From: Eukaryota sp. TZLM1-RC
Lineage: Eukaryota > Protista > Metamonada: BaSk clade
Length of the DNA: 64,000 bases
NCBI GenBank assembly: GCA_040285825.1
Contig: JAUPSS010000004.1
Coordinates: forward strand, 6,601,784-6,665,783
Reading direction: 5' to 3'
Position numbers and translations under genes: made by a program. Below, piece after piece: positions 23,295 to 34,865 of this stretch (the stretch's first letter is position 1; every line of letters begins with the position of its first letter). The notes under the pieces are model-generated. The model was given only the letters and a program-made list of their open reading frames with translations, ran no database searches and was not told the DNA's origin.

Positions 23295-24089
23295 TCAACA
23301 CACACTGATTTACAGTAGATTGTCGTTTACCCAATCAAATCATACATTCTTTTTCAACTGTTTTGCCAAATTGTGTTTTCATATCAGCCAAAATAATCAA
23401 ACATCAGACATTACTATTGCATAATAAATTAGATTTGAAAATGAGGAATTCTAGACTACAACTATTTTGTATTCAACAAGATCCTGAACACTGCTCAGTG
23501 AACAACCAAAGTAGTTGTCTTGGACATCTTGTTGTACTTCCTTCTCAGTCAGACGTATGTTCGATGATTTCGACTGTACTGATACCAACAAATAATAGTT
23601 CAGGGACTTAATTTAAATCCAATTTTGTTACTATATCAGTGTCGACGTTCCGACATTTTTTTGGTCAGTGCGCACCCATCGACATGAGTTTTAAACTATT
23701 TGATATCAAATTCCTCAATATCAAATTGTCTAAAGATTATCTAGTCAATTTTGGATTTAGATGTTTTGTTTGTTATTGTTTTATAATAAACCAAATCTAC
23801 TGTATGTCACAAAAATAAAGACACCAAACCTTCTGCCATTCAGATAAACCTATTCCCTTTTGGTAAACTGTGTTTTTATTGAACTAAAATTTAATCAATC
23901 AAATTGATATCAAACATTGGTTCAACACACCATTCATCTAATTTTATCTCCACAACTTCTTCTATATCACTCTCACAGCAACTTACTACATAGTCTTAAA
24001 GTATTAAACAATATTTATTGAGTAAGAAATTATGCCTTTGATAAAAGGTAGATTACTAATTCGAAAAAGAATTAAGTCGAAGCCCTGTA

Positions 24090-24360
24090 CCTCTCGCAAA
24101 ATACTAGGGCTTTCTGGATTTCAATATTCTACCTGCACTAACACAATTTGGGGCATTTTTCATGATGACTTGAACAATATGTCTCTTGTCACGGTTTATT
24201 TGTTGATTATCTGAATCAAAATAAGACTCTATAGTATTTGAAATAAAAACATCGGTCTTCTCGTTGCCTGAAGTGTCAATAGCAGTCAAACAAAGTGATC
24301 ATCATTGGGATTGATTTGTGAATAAATAGAGAAGTGGTCTCGACTGCCTGTCGCTCACAA
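24090..24360 (-). pseudogene. hAT-type transposase remnant (DUF659-like)
   Basis: DRQSRPLL..., AIDTSGNEKT..FI and IVQVIMKNAPNCVSAGRIL resemble the hAT VVQVVTDNAxNC.AAG motif. Confidence 0.6.
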
Positions 24361-24615
24361 ATGTTTATGCTAAAGTAGTGGTAAGTTTATTGTATCGCAT
24401 CAAACGGGTGCGATGGCAAAAACAACTGCACCACCGAACACTGCATATTGTCTTCATATGCCAAAATCAACATACTGACCTGACACAATCAATAACAAAA
24501 TCCACACCAAATGTAGAAGCACAGAAGTAGAAATATTTTATCCCACAGTTTGGTCTTTGTCAGGTATTTTCTTCATGTAAAAATTCGAATCAGAAATCTG
24601 ATCTGTTGTTCAGAA

Positions 24616-26850
24616 TTTTTTTTACCAAAATTTTAATTTTGTTCAAAACCTATAAATCAACATCTAAAAAATCCATCTCTCCCAGAACAAAAACACTAGA
24701 TGCAACTCTCTCATAGTGAGATCCAAGAGAAAGCAAAGCATCAGAAACCATCTTCAACATCCCCTTAAAAATAGAAAACACAATTCAATTTTGCCAAAAC
24801 AATCTGTTGCAATTTCTGCCAGTTCTTCTCTTTACAATCATTTCAAAATCATCCAAAAGACGTAAAGCAGTTGGTGCAAGTGAACCAAAAAAGGAAACTA
24901 CAAATGGATACAAATTGTATTTTGCATGGTGTAGACTGGCCAATTTGGACAAAGGTTCATTGTATTTTTTGAATTTAAAATTTTCAGCATTTGAAAGGAG
25001 ATTATGAATTTCAGAATTAACTAGCCTTTCATTTGAGGCATTACAAGGATCAACAGACATTACATCCAATAAGATGAAACTTCCATCTAATCCAGGTAAT
25101 ATAACATCACCTCTATTATTCTTACGAAAATCATCTTCAGCATCAAACAGATTTGACAACAGAGGTTCCAAGAAGGATTCAATTCTATGAGATTTACACA
25201 TACAATATAACTGGGCTCTTACAGCATCATGAACCTTGCTTCTAAAAGTAATAAAATGTTTACAATTTAACAAATGAGTAGTTGTAATTTCTCGAGAACA
25301 TTTACAAATTAAATTATGAGGTAAATTATCAGGCCAGATAAAGGAACGAAATCTCATATTTAGAATCCAAGCAGAATCGGTTAAGAGAGTACCATCAACT
25401 TGGGGAATTGTTGTTACTAAGGCAGAAGAAGTACTGTCACACATATCTTGTAAAAGATTTGCAAAAGCGGGATTCTTTTGCTTGGCCAAGCCAAGTCTTA
25501 CATCAAAATCCATGATTTAAAAAATCTTTGACAATTTTTGTTGAAGCTTTTTACAGCAAAACTGTAAATTAAAAAGAGATCGGTTTGGAATTTCTTGAAT
25601 TGATTGAGGAACACATTTGGTCCAAATTTGTGGCGGCAATTTTTCAAGTTCACAAGATAACTCATACAAATAAGGACTGCAATTGGGAACTAACAGATGA
25701 GAATCATCAGGAAATCTACGAGAAAATTCATAAATAAAATTTTTGCCACACTCAAGAATGCTGATTGACACAAAATTGAAGATTTAGTAAATCCAATATC
25801 ACCCAAATTTGCTGAAGAAAATAAGAGACTTTTCAACATTCCTGGTTCTACATCCAATAAATCAGCAAAAAATTCGGTTCTCAATGAATTAAATGAACGA
25901 CAGAAATCTAATGCTATGGAAGGAGCACAAGATCTCAAAATGTGGGTTATTCTCCCAGTGTAGCAAATTTTAAGCATGAAAAATTTAATAAGCTTTTCTA
26001 TATCTAAAGAAGAAATTGAATCAAGTTCAATTTTCATTTTTTCCAAAACAACTTGCAATTCATTCTGAATTTGAGGCACGTTTCCTAACCAACAACCAAG
26101 GAACTTAAAAGCATCACTACTATAATTAGTAAAAGGGACAATAGAATCGTTTATCACAAGATCTTGAGCAGAAGAGCCAATCAGAAGGCATTTGCTCGCA
26201 TTAAGATAAAGCCCAATATTTTCATATGAATCGGCAATTTCTTGAGCAACCAATTCTAGTAAATCAAATGAACCAATCAAGGATATATCATCCATATAAG
26301 CAACTATTTTTATAGAAGGGTATTTTTGCTTAATGATATTTAAAGTTTTGTGAATAGCTAAACAAAACAAAAATGGGCCTAAAGGATCACCTTGCTTCAC
26401 ACCAAAAGATGATTTAAGACCAAATGAATTATAAATTAAATCTGATTCTTTCCCATAAAAATGATAGAAAAAACTCGATAGCTCAGGAAAATCAGATTAA
26501 ATTACTTCAAAAATTGCTTCTCGCTTTACAAAATTAAATGCATTTTAAAAGTCAAGATTAAAAATATAATTATTTTCCTCTGCATTAAAAAAAGTATCTG
26601 AGGCAATAGCAGCAACAGAAGCACCATCAATTGTTTTGATTCCAAATTGATGAGGATTCAAAAATGTAGAAGCTTTGTCTTTGACACGATCAAAGACAAT
26701 TGATGCCAGCAAACGAGAAAAAGATTCACCCACAGCAATTGGGCGTATTCCATCAGGTTTGATTCCGTTTCCAGGCTTTACTAAAGCAATCAGACGTGCA
26801 GCGAGTAATTTAAATGGAGGATTAATTTTCAAAACAATTAATTGTTGAAA
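24616..26850 (-). mobile_element. CRE/RLE-type non-LTR retrotransposon family 2, 5'-truncated and frameshifted (RT + CCHC + RLE)
   Basis: KPDGIRPIAVGE, QFGI, LDF.NAFN, GVKQGDPLGP, AYMDD, CKC..HLLNC, RGD..LDV and poly-A tail. TSD AT(C/A)TGTTGTTCAGAA at 24601-24615 and 26851-26865. Confidence 0.92.
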
Positions 26851-26912
26851 ATATGTTGTTCAGAAAGTCGTTGAATTTCCTCCTCAAGAAATTCATTTAT
26901 TGTTGAAACCTA

Positions 26913-27472
26913 CACCGCCGGAGGTAATTAGTCTCAGTGCAAAATTAGTCCCACTGAGACTAATTATGTCCTGATACCATCGGAAATTCCATTTCTGATT
27001 CCATTTCAAGTGTCTTTTCGGCAGAACCTAAATAGCAACCAAGAAAGCAGAAACTAGTTGAAGTATAATCAATATATGGAACCTCAAGGGAATTAATTAT
27101 TAACTTAACATTTTTCCTAGAAATACAAAAACATTTTTGAACATTCAATTCAAGACCTATGGATTGGTATAATGTAGCAGCTTCATTAGCAACTCTCTTT
27201 ATTGTACTTTCTGCACCAATACAAGAAATGTCATCCATATAAGCTACCACTTGAAGATCAGAATTTTCTTCTTTTAATTTTTTTCAAAATTGGGTGAATC
27301 GCAAGACAATAAAAGAAAGGACCTAAAGGGTCTCCTTGTTTAACTCCTGATAAAGAATCAAGATTAAAGGAATTAAAAATTAAATCAGATGAATTACCAT
27401 AAAACTTGTCTAAGTAGCCTCAAATCTTGAATACAGAATTAGTCTCATTGAGACTAATTTCTTCCGGAGGTG
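26913..27472. mobile_element. TA-flanked non-autonomous TIR element (Tc1/mariner-like) carrying an RT fragment
   Basis: TA|CACCGCCGGAGGTAATTAGTCTCA ... TGAGACTAATTTCTTCCGGAGGTG|TA (24-bp TIR, 3 mismatches), subterminal ATTAGTCTCA repeats and an internal GVKQGDPLGP/AYMDD fragment. Confidence 0.8.
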
Positions 27473-27710
27473 TAAATTGACTTTGTGTTTACATTAAATG
27501 GTGACGGGGTTGTAAGTACATATACACGTATTTCAAGATTCACTATACAGTATATCATAATGGTAGTTCCAACCAGTGATACATGTTGCAAAGGGTTGAT
27601 GAAAGAGAGTTGAGATACCCTTCCAAAATTCACTTCCAAAGAACCACCAATTCCACTATATCAGAACCCAAGAATTACTTGTTCGATTGACATTGATAAT
27701 ATCTTTCAGA

Positions 27711-29372
27711 ATGGTACAGTTAGTCAACTTCTATGCACTCCATCTTGTATCATTTGTTAGTATTTCCATTATAGGGTCCTTCATCATTTGGCATTTTGAA
27801 CACAATTCTTACATTGACTCTTTATTTCTTGCTGTAACTTCCATTACTGATACAGGCCTTCTCTCTTCAGATCTACAATCTGCTCGTTTCGTTTCTCAAG
27901 CCATTGTCCTTCTCCTCATTGTCATGGGGTTTCCTATTCTTTGGACCCTTGTACCTCTCATTTTACGAAGAAGGTTCTTGGTCAAACAGTTTGACCAACT
28001 TGTGGTACCAACAACCCCAAAGCCTGACCAAACACTCGACCAAATACCCCAAAAACCTTTACCATTGTACACTTATAGTGTAGAGTATTGGGCAATGGGA
28101 CGATTGCTGCTTGTGGTCATCTCTTACTGTTTTTTCTTCCTTTTAATAGGCTTTCTCTCTCTTTGCTTGAGGTTTTATTTTTGTCCCCAGTGCAGGGAAA
28201 CTGCTGAAGAAGTTGGTGGTTGGCTTTGGTTCTCCATCTTCCATTCCATAGCAGCTTTCACGAACGCAGGCATTAGTATTTTCGGCGAATGTCTAACCCC
28301 CTTCCGCAATGATCCATGGATCTTATTAACTATTTGTGGCTTAATTGTAGGTGGCCAAACAGGATTTCCTTTCTTTTTACGATTAATTTGCCTCTGGAGG
28401 AGTAAAAGGTCCAGTTATTCCACGGTTTATTCATTCTTGTTAGACAAGGGGCGGCTTGTTTATACACATCTTTTCAACACCACTGAGACGGCGTGGCTGG
28501 GATTTTGGTGGTTGGTTTTCTTTTTTGTTCAGTTTATAGGTTTAATTGTTTTTGATTTGGAATTGTTGGCTACACGTCCTTATTTGAACGCCTTCTTTAT
28601 GACAATTTCCACCAGAGTTTGCGGTTTTTCTACTATTAACCTTGGAGAAATGTCTATGCCTATGCTGAATATCCTGATACTGCTACAAGTTCTCGCTGCC
28701 ACTCCTTTTATTTCAATTCTAAGGAAATCCGCCAAGGTTATTGAAGATAGTGACCCTGAACCCAATGGAATAGTTGCTGCTCTAAGGAAGATGTACAAAA
28801 CCCAACAAACCAACCCTTGGGCAAGGGATTTCCTTTGGATTTATGCTTCTTGGTTAGTCATGACAATAACAGTCCACAAGAATCTTCAAGACTTTATGTT
28901 TAGTTCCCTTTATGAAGTCAGCTCTGCTTATGGTAACATTGGTCTATCCACTGGCTGGCCTGATACCTCTGCATCTTTTGTTGGCGTTAGTGGAACTTGC
29001 GGTAGATTTTTGATTATTGTTGTTATGCTGGCTGGTAGGCATCGTGGTCTCCCTTCCTCTGTAGATAAAGCTGTCAGTACCCTTACCTTTGATGGTGTTG
29101 CTGATGATGTTCTTCATTTGCTTCCTGAAGAAGTTGTGGTCAAAATGGGGGTGCAGACGAGGGAGATTCAAGACGTGAAAGATTCTACTGTTCTTGATCC
29201 ATTGATTGTTAAAATTCTGTCCAGTCAAGAATCCAATCAGGGGGAAACTGTGACGTTTCAGCCAGTCAACAACACGTTTCCTCCCAGACGGGGGGTTAAT
29301 TTGAAAGATATTAAAAAGTTAATGAAAGAAAAAAGACCAAATTCAGTTAACACTTTATTTGATGTCAATTAA
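27711..29372 (+). CDS. Trk/HKT-family potassium transporter
   Basis: YIDSLFLAVTSITDTGL, FHSIAAFTNAG, STRVCGFS, YEVSSAYGNIGLSTG and GRHRGLP..VDKAV. Confidence 0.92.
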   Translation: MVQLVNFYALHLVSFVSISIIGSFIIWHFEHNSYIDSLFLAVTSITDTGLLSSDLQSARFVSQAIVLLLIVMGFPILWTLVPLILRRRFLVKQFDQLVVPTTPKPDQTLDQIPQKPLPLYTYSVEYWAMGRLLLVVISYCFFFLLIGFLSLCLRFYFCPQCRETAEEVGGWLWFSIFHSIAAFTNAGISIFGECLTPFRNDPWILLTICGLIVGGQTGFPFFLRLICLWRSKRSSYSTVYSFLLDKGRLVYTHLFNTTETAWLGFWWLVFFFVQFIGLIVFDLELLATRPYLNAFFMTISTRVCGFSTINLGEMSMPMLNILILLQVLAATPFISILRKSAKVIEDSDPEPNGIVAALRKMYKTQQTNPWARDFLWIYASWLVMTITVHKNLQDFMFSSLYEVSSAYGNIGLSTGWPDTSASFVGVSGTCGRFLIIVVMLAGRHRGLPSSVDKAVSTLTFDGVADDVLHLLPEEVVVKMGVQTREIQDVKDSTVLDPLIVKILSSQESNQGETVTFQPVNNTFPPRRGVNLKDIKKLMKEKRPNSVNTLFDVN

Positions 29373-29426
29373 TTAGTTTTTTTTAGTTTTTTTGTATTAT
29401 ATTTTGTTTAACGGTTTAAGTTTGTT

Positions 29427-30695
29427 TCAAACTTCATGTAGAAATTGGCCTTTTTTGTTAATAATTAAATTCAAATATTTGGAGTTTCTGATATACCTAA
29501 AATAGTTGATGCAAATTAAGTTGAGGAACAGTACCAGAACCAAATAATCATGATTAACTACCAAAGAAATACCAATAAATGGTAGATCAACAATTAAAAA
29601 AGCAATAATAATTGAAATAGTGGGTAATTTGTACCTTTGGAGGGAAAAAAGAATTGATTCAAAAGAAAAAGAATTGAAATTGACAAAGAGTCCGATAACA
29701 AACAGAAGGAAAAAGGAAAAGACGAAAAATGTAGAATTAAATGTAAATAATTTAATTAAATAAAGAGTGCCAAAAATGAATGGAGTCAAGAAGAGTCCAC
29801 ATATAGCAAAGACCTTTCGTGAATCAATCAATAATTGATTGATATCTCTTTTTTGAGCTAGCACCATAAGCGTAGCCCCTATTCCATCAATAAAAGAGCA
29901 AATCACAACCCAAAAATTTGATAAATATTGGAAATAGATTAAACAGTGAAAACATCTTCGTGTGACAATAAAACCATTTAGAAAATAAATTAAATCAACA
30001 AAAAAAGCTCTAACTAATAAGTAGAGTGTTCCTTCAGAAAAAAGTTTAAATTTTTGAATTGTTAACCGGAAACTGAAAAAGAAAAGATTGATTTGATTGA
30101 TTAAACAAACCTTCGACACTAAGAACAACCCATAACCAGATTGTAAAATCAAAGCAAACACCTGAAACAACCCAAAAACCCAAAGAAATTCTGACTGAAA
30201 AACAACTACAAACAAGACCAAAAAAATTGAATTTAAAACAACGAAAGAAACTGCCAAAAACAAAGCTTTTTTAAAAGCATCAAATCCTTGCAAAATTCCA
30301 GTAATTGTTGAATTTATTAAAAGAAAAGGAAAAGTCAAGGTTTTGAAAAAGTAGTAAGTGTTGTATGAAGTTTGGCCCACAAGAAACGATTTCAAACAAA
30401 AGGTAATAAAGGTCAAGCAGATTCCTATTGAAAAGCTCAAAATGAGAGAAAGCTGTACCAAGTGTATTACAGAGGACTCCTTTCTAAGAGTAGACACTTT
30501 GGAAGTGAGAGAGACTACAAGAATTGAGAAGAAGCATGTGATTGGAGAAAGAAGTGTGTTGAAGCGAGCATAGACAACAAAATGATCTGATAGAAAATGA
30601 CCAAGAATCACAGTTTGAATAAGAGAATAAATAGGAGATATGAGATACCTCGCTATTGAGGGTGTAGAACGCCGTATGATAGAAGAGGCACTCAT
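29427..30695 (-). CDS. MATE-family transporter (divergent)
   Basis: Multi-TM protein; P.YSL..T..LGH and GILQG motifs typical of DinF/MATE. Confidence 0.7.
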   Translation of the reverse strand: MSASSIIRRSTPSIARYLISPIYSLIQTVILGHFLSDHFVVYARFNTLLSPITCFFSILVVSLTSKVSTLRKESSVIHLVQLSLILSFSIGICLTFITFCLKSFLVGQTSYNTYYFFKTLTFPFLLINSTITGILQGFDAFKKALFLAVSFVVLNSIFLVLFVVVFQSEFLWVFGLFQVFALILQSGYGLFLVSKVCLINQINLFFFSFRLTIQKFKLFSEGTLYLLVRAFFVDLIYFLNGFIVTRRCFHCLIYFQYLSNFWVVICSFIDGIGATLMVLAQKRDINQLLIDSRKVFAICGLFLTPFIFGTLYLIKLFTFNSTFFVFSFFLLFVIGLFVNFNSFSFESILFSLQRYKLPTISIIIAFLIVDLPFIGISLVVNHDYLVLVLFLNLICINYFRYIRNSKYLNLIINKKGQFLHEV

Positions 30696-31455
30696 GCAAG
30701 AGGTGTTACACAATGCATTGGTATTGATTTTGAAAAGAATTTTTTAAAAATGAAACATTCGCAAAGATGTCTTGTTTGTGAAGCGTAATGAAGCAACTCC
30801 AGTCTCTGATTTTGTGTTTGAAGAGCACAATTTGAAGGTGTAGACTCAATAAAATGTTCTCGAAGTGTTTTGAAAAAGTTTTTTGCTCTTCTGGCTGAAA
30901 CATAAAGTAGTTAATGGTAAGTAAATAGATTATAGATGTAACAATAACAAAAAACAGAAAAAAAAAACAAAAAAAACAAAAAAGAACACACGTATGTGAT
31001 TCTGATTTTTTGCTTATAATACATTAATTGGCATATACGCAAAGCATTTTAAATATAAATGAAAATGTATGGTTTCAAATGTCACTGCATAGAGAGTCAA
31101 ATTGATTCATTTATTCGATAATGAAAGTAATTATGAAAGTATATATCACTCTTGTATTATCAGCAGCCAGTAATCATTATTGTTTCAAATTAATATACTG
31201 CTTCACTACTTTCGATGTTATTGAAAAAGTATGTCGAAAAACAAAAAATGGAACATTAAAAACTGTTGGTTCTACAGGTGGAGAAATTTTTATTTGGAGC
31301 AATGTGATCCAAAACGATGTGGACACTCATATATGGATGACCATATATGTCGAAAAATAAGAATGCAGTACTGAAAACAAAAAAATGTCAATCCCTAAAA
31401 CAGAGACAATGTTTCAAGAAAACAATTGAGTAAAACTAAATAATTTATGTACAAA

Positions 31456-32790
31456 CTAAAAATTGGTCAAAAAACTAAACTCATCTTCCATTTCGTATTC
31501 TTGGTTGAATTCAAACACAGGTTCTTCCTCGGAAACTTCTTCAATTTCATCTTCAACCTGGAATAAATCATCCATTGCTGTAATATCAATCCTGGAAAGA
31601 GCTCTTGGTGTGGTAACTTGGCCATTTGAATCAACAACCTTTCTTTTCCTAGAAACACGAACCCCTTCTGCCGCATCTTTTCTTCTCTTTTTCTGTCTTT
31701 TAACAAAATGACCAAACAAAATCTCCCACATCTCCTCCCTATACTTTGCTTCAAACGGAGTGGCCAAATACTGGTCAACTTCATCATCTAAATAACTCAG
31801 ATCTTCTTCAACGCCATATTCAAAGGGAATCAAATCCTTATCAATTGATTCATTAATTAATTCGTCTTCTGCGGCCTTCATTACCTCAGTTCTAGTTGCT
31901 GCAGAAATGACCTCCTCATGAACCATTGCAGGGTGTTCTTGGCTTTCAAAAGAGTCAAGATCAGCTTCCAAGAATTCTTCAGAAGTCAACTCTGCAGCAG
32001 GAAGTCTTGCAAATTCAAGTAACCTTTTTTGAAGAGTAGCATTGCAAATCTTAACAACCCTAGTGATTTCGTCAAAATCCCGATGAAATCCATGGAGTTT
32101 AGCGGCTATATACAGTGCCGCTCCACAGAGTCCAGAAGGTCTTCTCCCAACGTGGAGCCAATCCCTCTTCATCCTACGTACTATTTGGAGTGCTGTCTGG
32201 GAGACTGTGTGCTCCTTCTTTCCAAAGTCAAGTTTATGGGCAAACCTATGGATGTAGAGAGAAGGGTCGACCAAAGGAAGCTCGAGATGGAGACATCCAA
32301 TCAAACGGAGATAGGTGTGTCCAAGAGTGTACACATTGGTTCTAAGCGATTCACTGAAATCAATGAGCATGATTGGGAACTTTTCTCTTCTACAGACGGC
32401 ATAAAGGCAGGAGGCGGATACTCTTTCTGTACTACGTCCACGAGTGAATCCATGTTGTAGGGCGAGAAGATAAAGTCTTTCAGCAGCATCTATTGTAGTG
32501 GAACGAAGGTGTAGAGAAGTTGCAATTCTGGTGATGACTTGTCTTGCTTTACCAAGGGTGACTTCCCTACTTTCTCTGGTAACACCCATTGGGGTCGAAA
32601 ACTTGATTCCAGATTGGTTAGCGCTGACAACTTGGCCAAGCATATGTGCAGCACCACCAGAACCTTCTGCGAAAGAAATTTCAGAAGTTATACTAGATGA
32701 ATCAAGTACAAAACCGCATTGAGAGCAAGCTGTACTGCCTGAAGCAGGATCATTGATGATATCAGAGGAAAAACATTGGCTACAGTGCAT
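31456..32790 (-). CDS. BRF1: TFIIIB subunit BRF1
   Basis: Zn ribbon CxxC..CxxCG, cyclin repeats FTRGR, LYAVCR, DPSLYIHRF, MKRDW...GRRPSGLCGAAL and DDEVDQYL. Confidence 0.95.
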   Translation of the reverse strand: MHCSQCFSSDIINDPASGSTACSQCGFVLDSSSITSEISFAEGSGGAAHMLGQVVSANQSGIKFSTPMGVTRESREVTLGKARQVITRIATSLHLRSTTIDAAERLYLLALQHGFTRGRSTERVSASCLYAVCRREKFPIMLIDFSESLRTNVYTLGHTYLRLIGCLHLELPLVDPSLYIHRFAHKLDFGKKEHTVSQTALQIVRRMKRDWLHVGRRPSGLCGAALYIAAKLHGFHRDFDEITRVVKICNATLQKRLLEFARLPAAELTSEEFLEADLDSFESQEHPAMVHEEVISAATRTEVMKAAEDELINESIDKDLIPFEYGVEEDLSYLDDEVDQYLATPFEAKYREEMWEILFGHFVKRQKKRRKDAAEGVRVSRKRKVVDSNGQVTTPRALSRIDITAMDDLFQVEDEIEEVSEEEPVFEFNQEYEMEDEFSFLTNF

Positions 32791-32864
32791 TCTGAAACAT
32801 CGGCTAATGGCACAATAATGTCAGAAAAAGGAACCTGTGGAACAATGTGGGAACAATGTAATGT

Positions 32865-33960
32865 CTGTGAGTGGAAATCCAAATGCATTTACTAAACCTG
32901 CATTAGAAATTCATTCTTCATAACAACTCCAGACTCTATTGAGCTGCCACTTCGTTTAAGATGGACTGTTATTTTGTTCTACAGAGATCCTTTTGACTAC
33001 TCTCTTTTTAGTTCCTCTTTGTCTTCTTTGACCACCCGATGAGGATGTGCTTGTTTCAGGAACTTGCGATGGACAGTTTCTTCTGTTGTGGCCTTTTCCG
33101 CGACATAAACCACATCTTCTCGGTTTTTTGTCCTTTTCAGCAGTCTTTTTTTTCTGATCTCTCTGCGAAGTAGATGATCCATTTTCGAAATCTTTTGTTT
33201 GAGTTTTTGGTCTCTCGAAAATGGATGGTCTACCTTTACCGTTGGTTGCAGATGTTATAATGGAATATATATTTATGGCAGAGTTGAAGTCTCTATTCCA
33301 ATACGTGCTGCACGTCTGACACTTCACTAAACCCCACGGTGTTGATTTTGCTTTTTCTTCTAGTGAATCCTTCTGCTCACCCCATTCTTGTTGAAAATCT
33401 CTTTTTCTATCAGGATTGTTTTGATTAAATAAATCAATTTCTTGTTTTAAGTTTTTTGCTTTTCTTTTTAGTTGTTGTTTCCCCTTAGGACATAACACCT
33501 TAATACTAGAATCGTTGACACATTCTCCAAAATTTCCCTTGACAGCACATCTGGAACAAGATTTACTCGTTCTATATTCTTCAACTAGGAAAATTCGATG
33601 ACCAAATCTACTTAATAGTTTGCAAATTTCGGTTCATCTTGTGGTTGACCTTTTCCCTTCCTTGTATTTCCTTTCGAGCTCCAGTCACCATAACCAATAA
33701 CTACATCTTCAGGGGAGCCAAAGGTCAATTTGAGTCTTTACAACATGTTTTTTTTTCACTTTTTTGATTATTAGAATACGTTTGAAATTTTCTTTTTCTG
33801 AACCATATATCTTGGTAAAAATTATTCCTGTAAACATTGTATTGCTCAAATTCCTTGATGTAATGACCAAAGTGTTGACTGAAACAAGATTTTTGTTGTC
33901 TGTTTGATGCAGATAAAGAAAATTGATTTAAAATATCCTGACCTGAGTAATCACCATCAG
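32865..33960 (-). mobile_element. Fanzor family C, C-terminal half with C-terminal CCHC knuckle and omegaRNA end
   Basis: FGSPEDVVIGYGDWS, LVEEYRTSKSCSRC, CQTC..WNRD, RP.IFER and CGLCRGKGHNRRNC (33073-33114). Confidence 0.9.
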
Positions 33961-34304
33961 GTTATTGTACTACAAAAGATGTTGGAAGCATGAAAAAAGC
34001 AAGGAATTTCTAACAAAGGGATTTTTAACAAAAGAAACGCCTTTTTCTCACTCACTCCAAAAACACACGATGGACGATAATTCTTTTTTTTGCGATAATT
34101 CTCGAATACGAACATGGTTACCTGTATCTTGGTGTTTCAGCTTAATATTAATTCAGATTTAGCAATAGCGACAAAGAATATTCAAAATATTTCCTTTTTG
34201 CCATTCTCAAGACAATTTCATACACCTCTATACCGTGTGTCTGACAGGATAAGTATCATTCTTCAACAAATTTATTAATTTAATGAGAATTAATACATAT
34301 TAAT

Positions 34305-34730
34305 TAATGTTTCAAATGAAAGGCTTGTTAATTCTGAAATTCATAGTCCTTTTTCAAATGCTGAAATTCTCAAAATCAAAAAATACAATGAACCTTTGTC
34401 CAAATTGTCCAGCCAACAGCATGCAAAATACAATTTGTATCCATTTGTATTTTCTTTATTTGTTTTACTTGCTGGAACTGCCATACGTTTTTTGGCAGAT
34501 TTTGAAACGATTGTAAAGAGAAGAACTAATAGAAAATTCAACAGATTGTTTTGGCAAAATAGAATTGTGTTTTCTATTTTTAAGGGGATGTTGAAGATGG
34601 TTTCCGATGCTTTGGTTTCACTTGGATTTCACTGCGAGAGAGTTGCATCTAGTTGTTTTGTTTTTGGAGACGTGGATTATTTAGATGTTGATTTATAAGT
34701 TTTTAATAAATAAATATTATTTAAAAAAAT
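34305..34730 (+). mobile_element. 3' fragment of CRE/RLE family 2
   Basis: Homologous to 24650-25040, with A-rich tail. Confidence 0.85.
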
Positions 34731-34865
34731 GAATAATTGTTGCATACCGAGAAAAGAACTTATACCTAAAAGATTACTCAAAAGATGACTGAGATGAGGA
34801 AAGCAGAAGCGTAAGACTTCAAAAAACTCAATGATGAAGAACCAATACAATGGGTCAATAACCAA

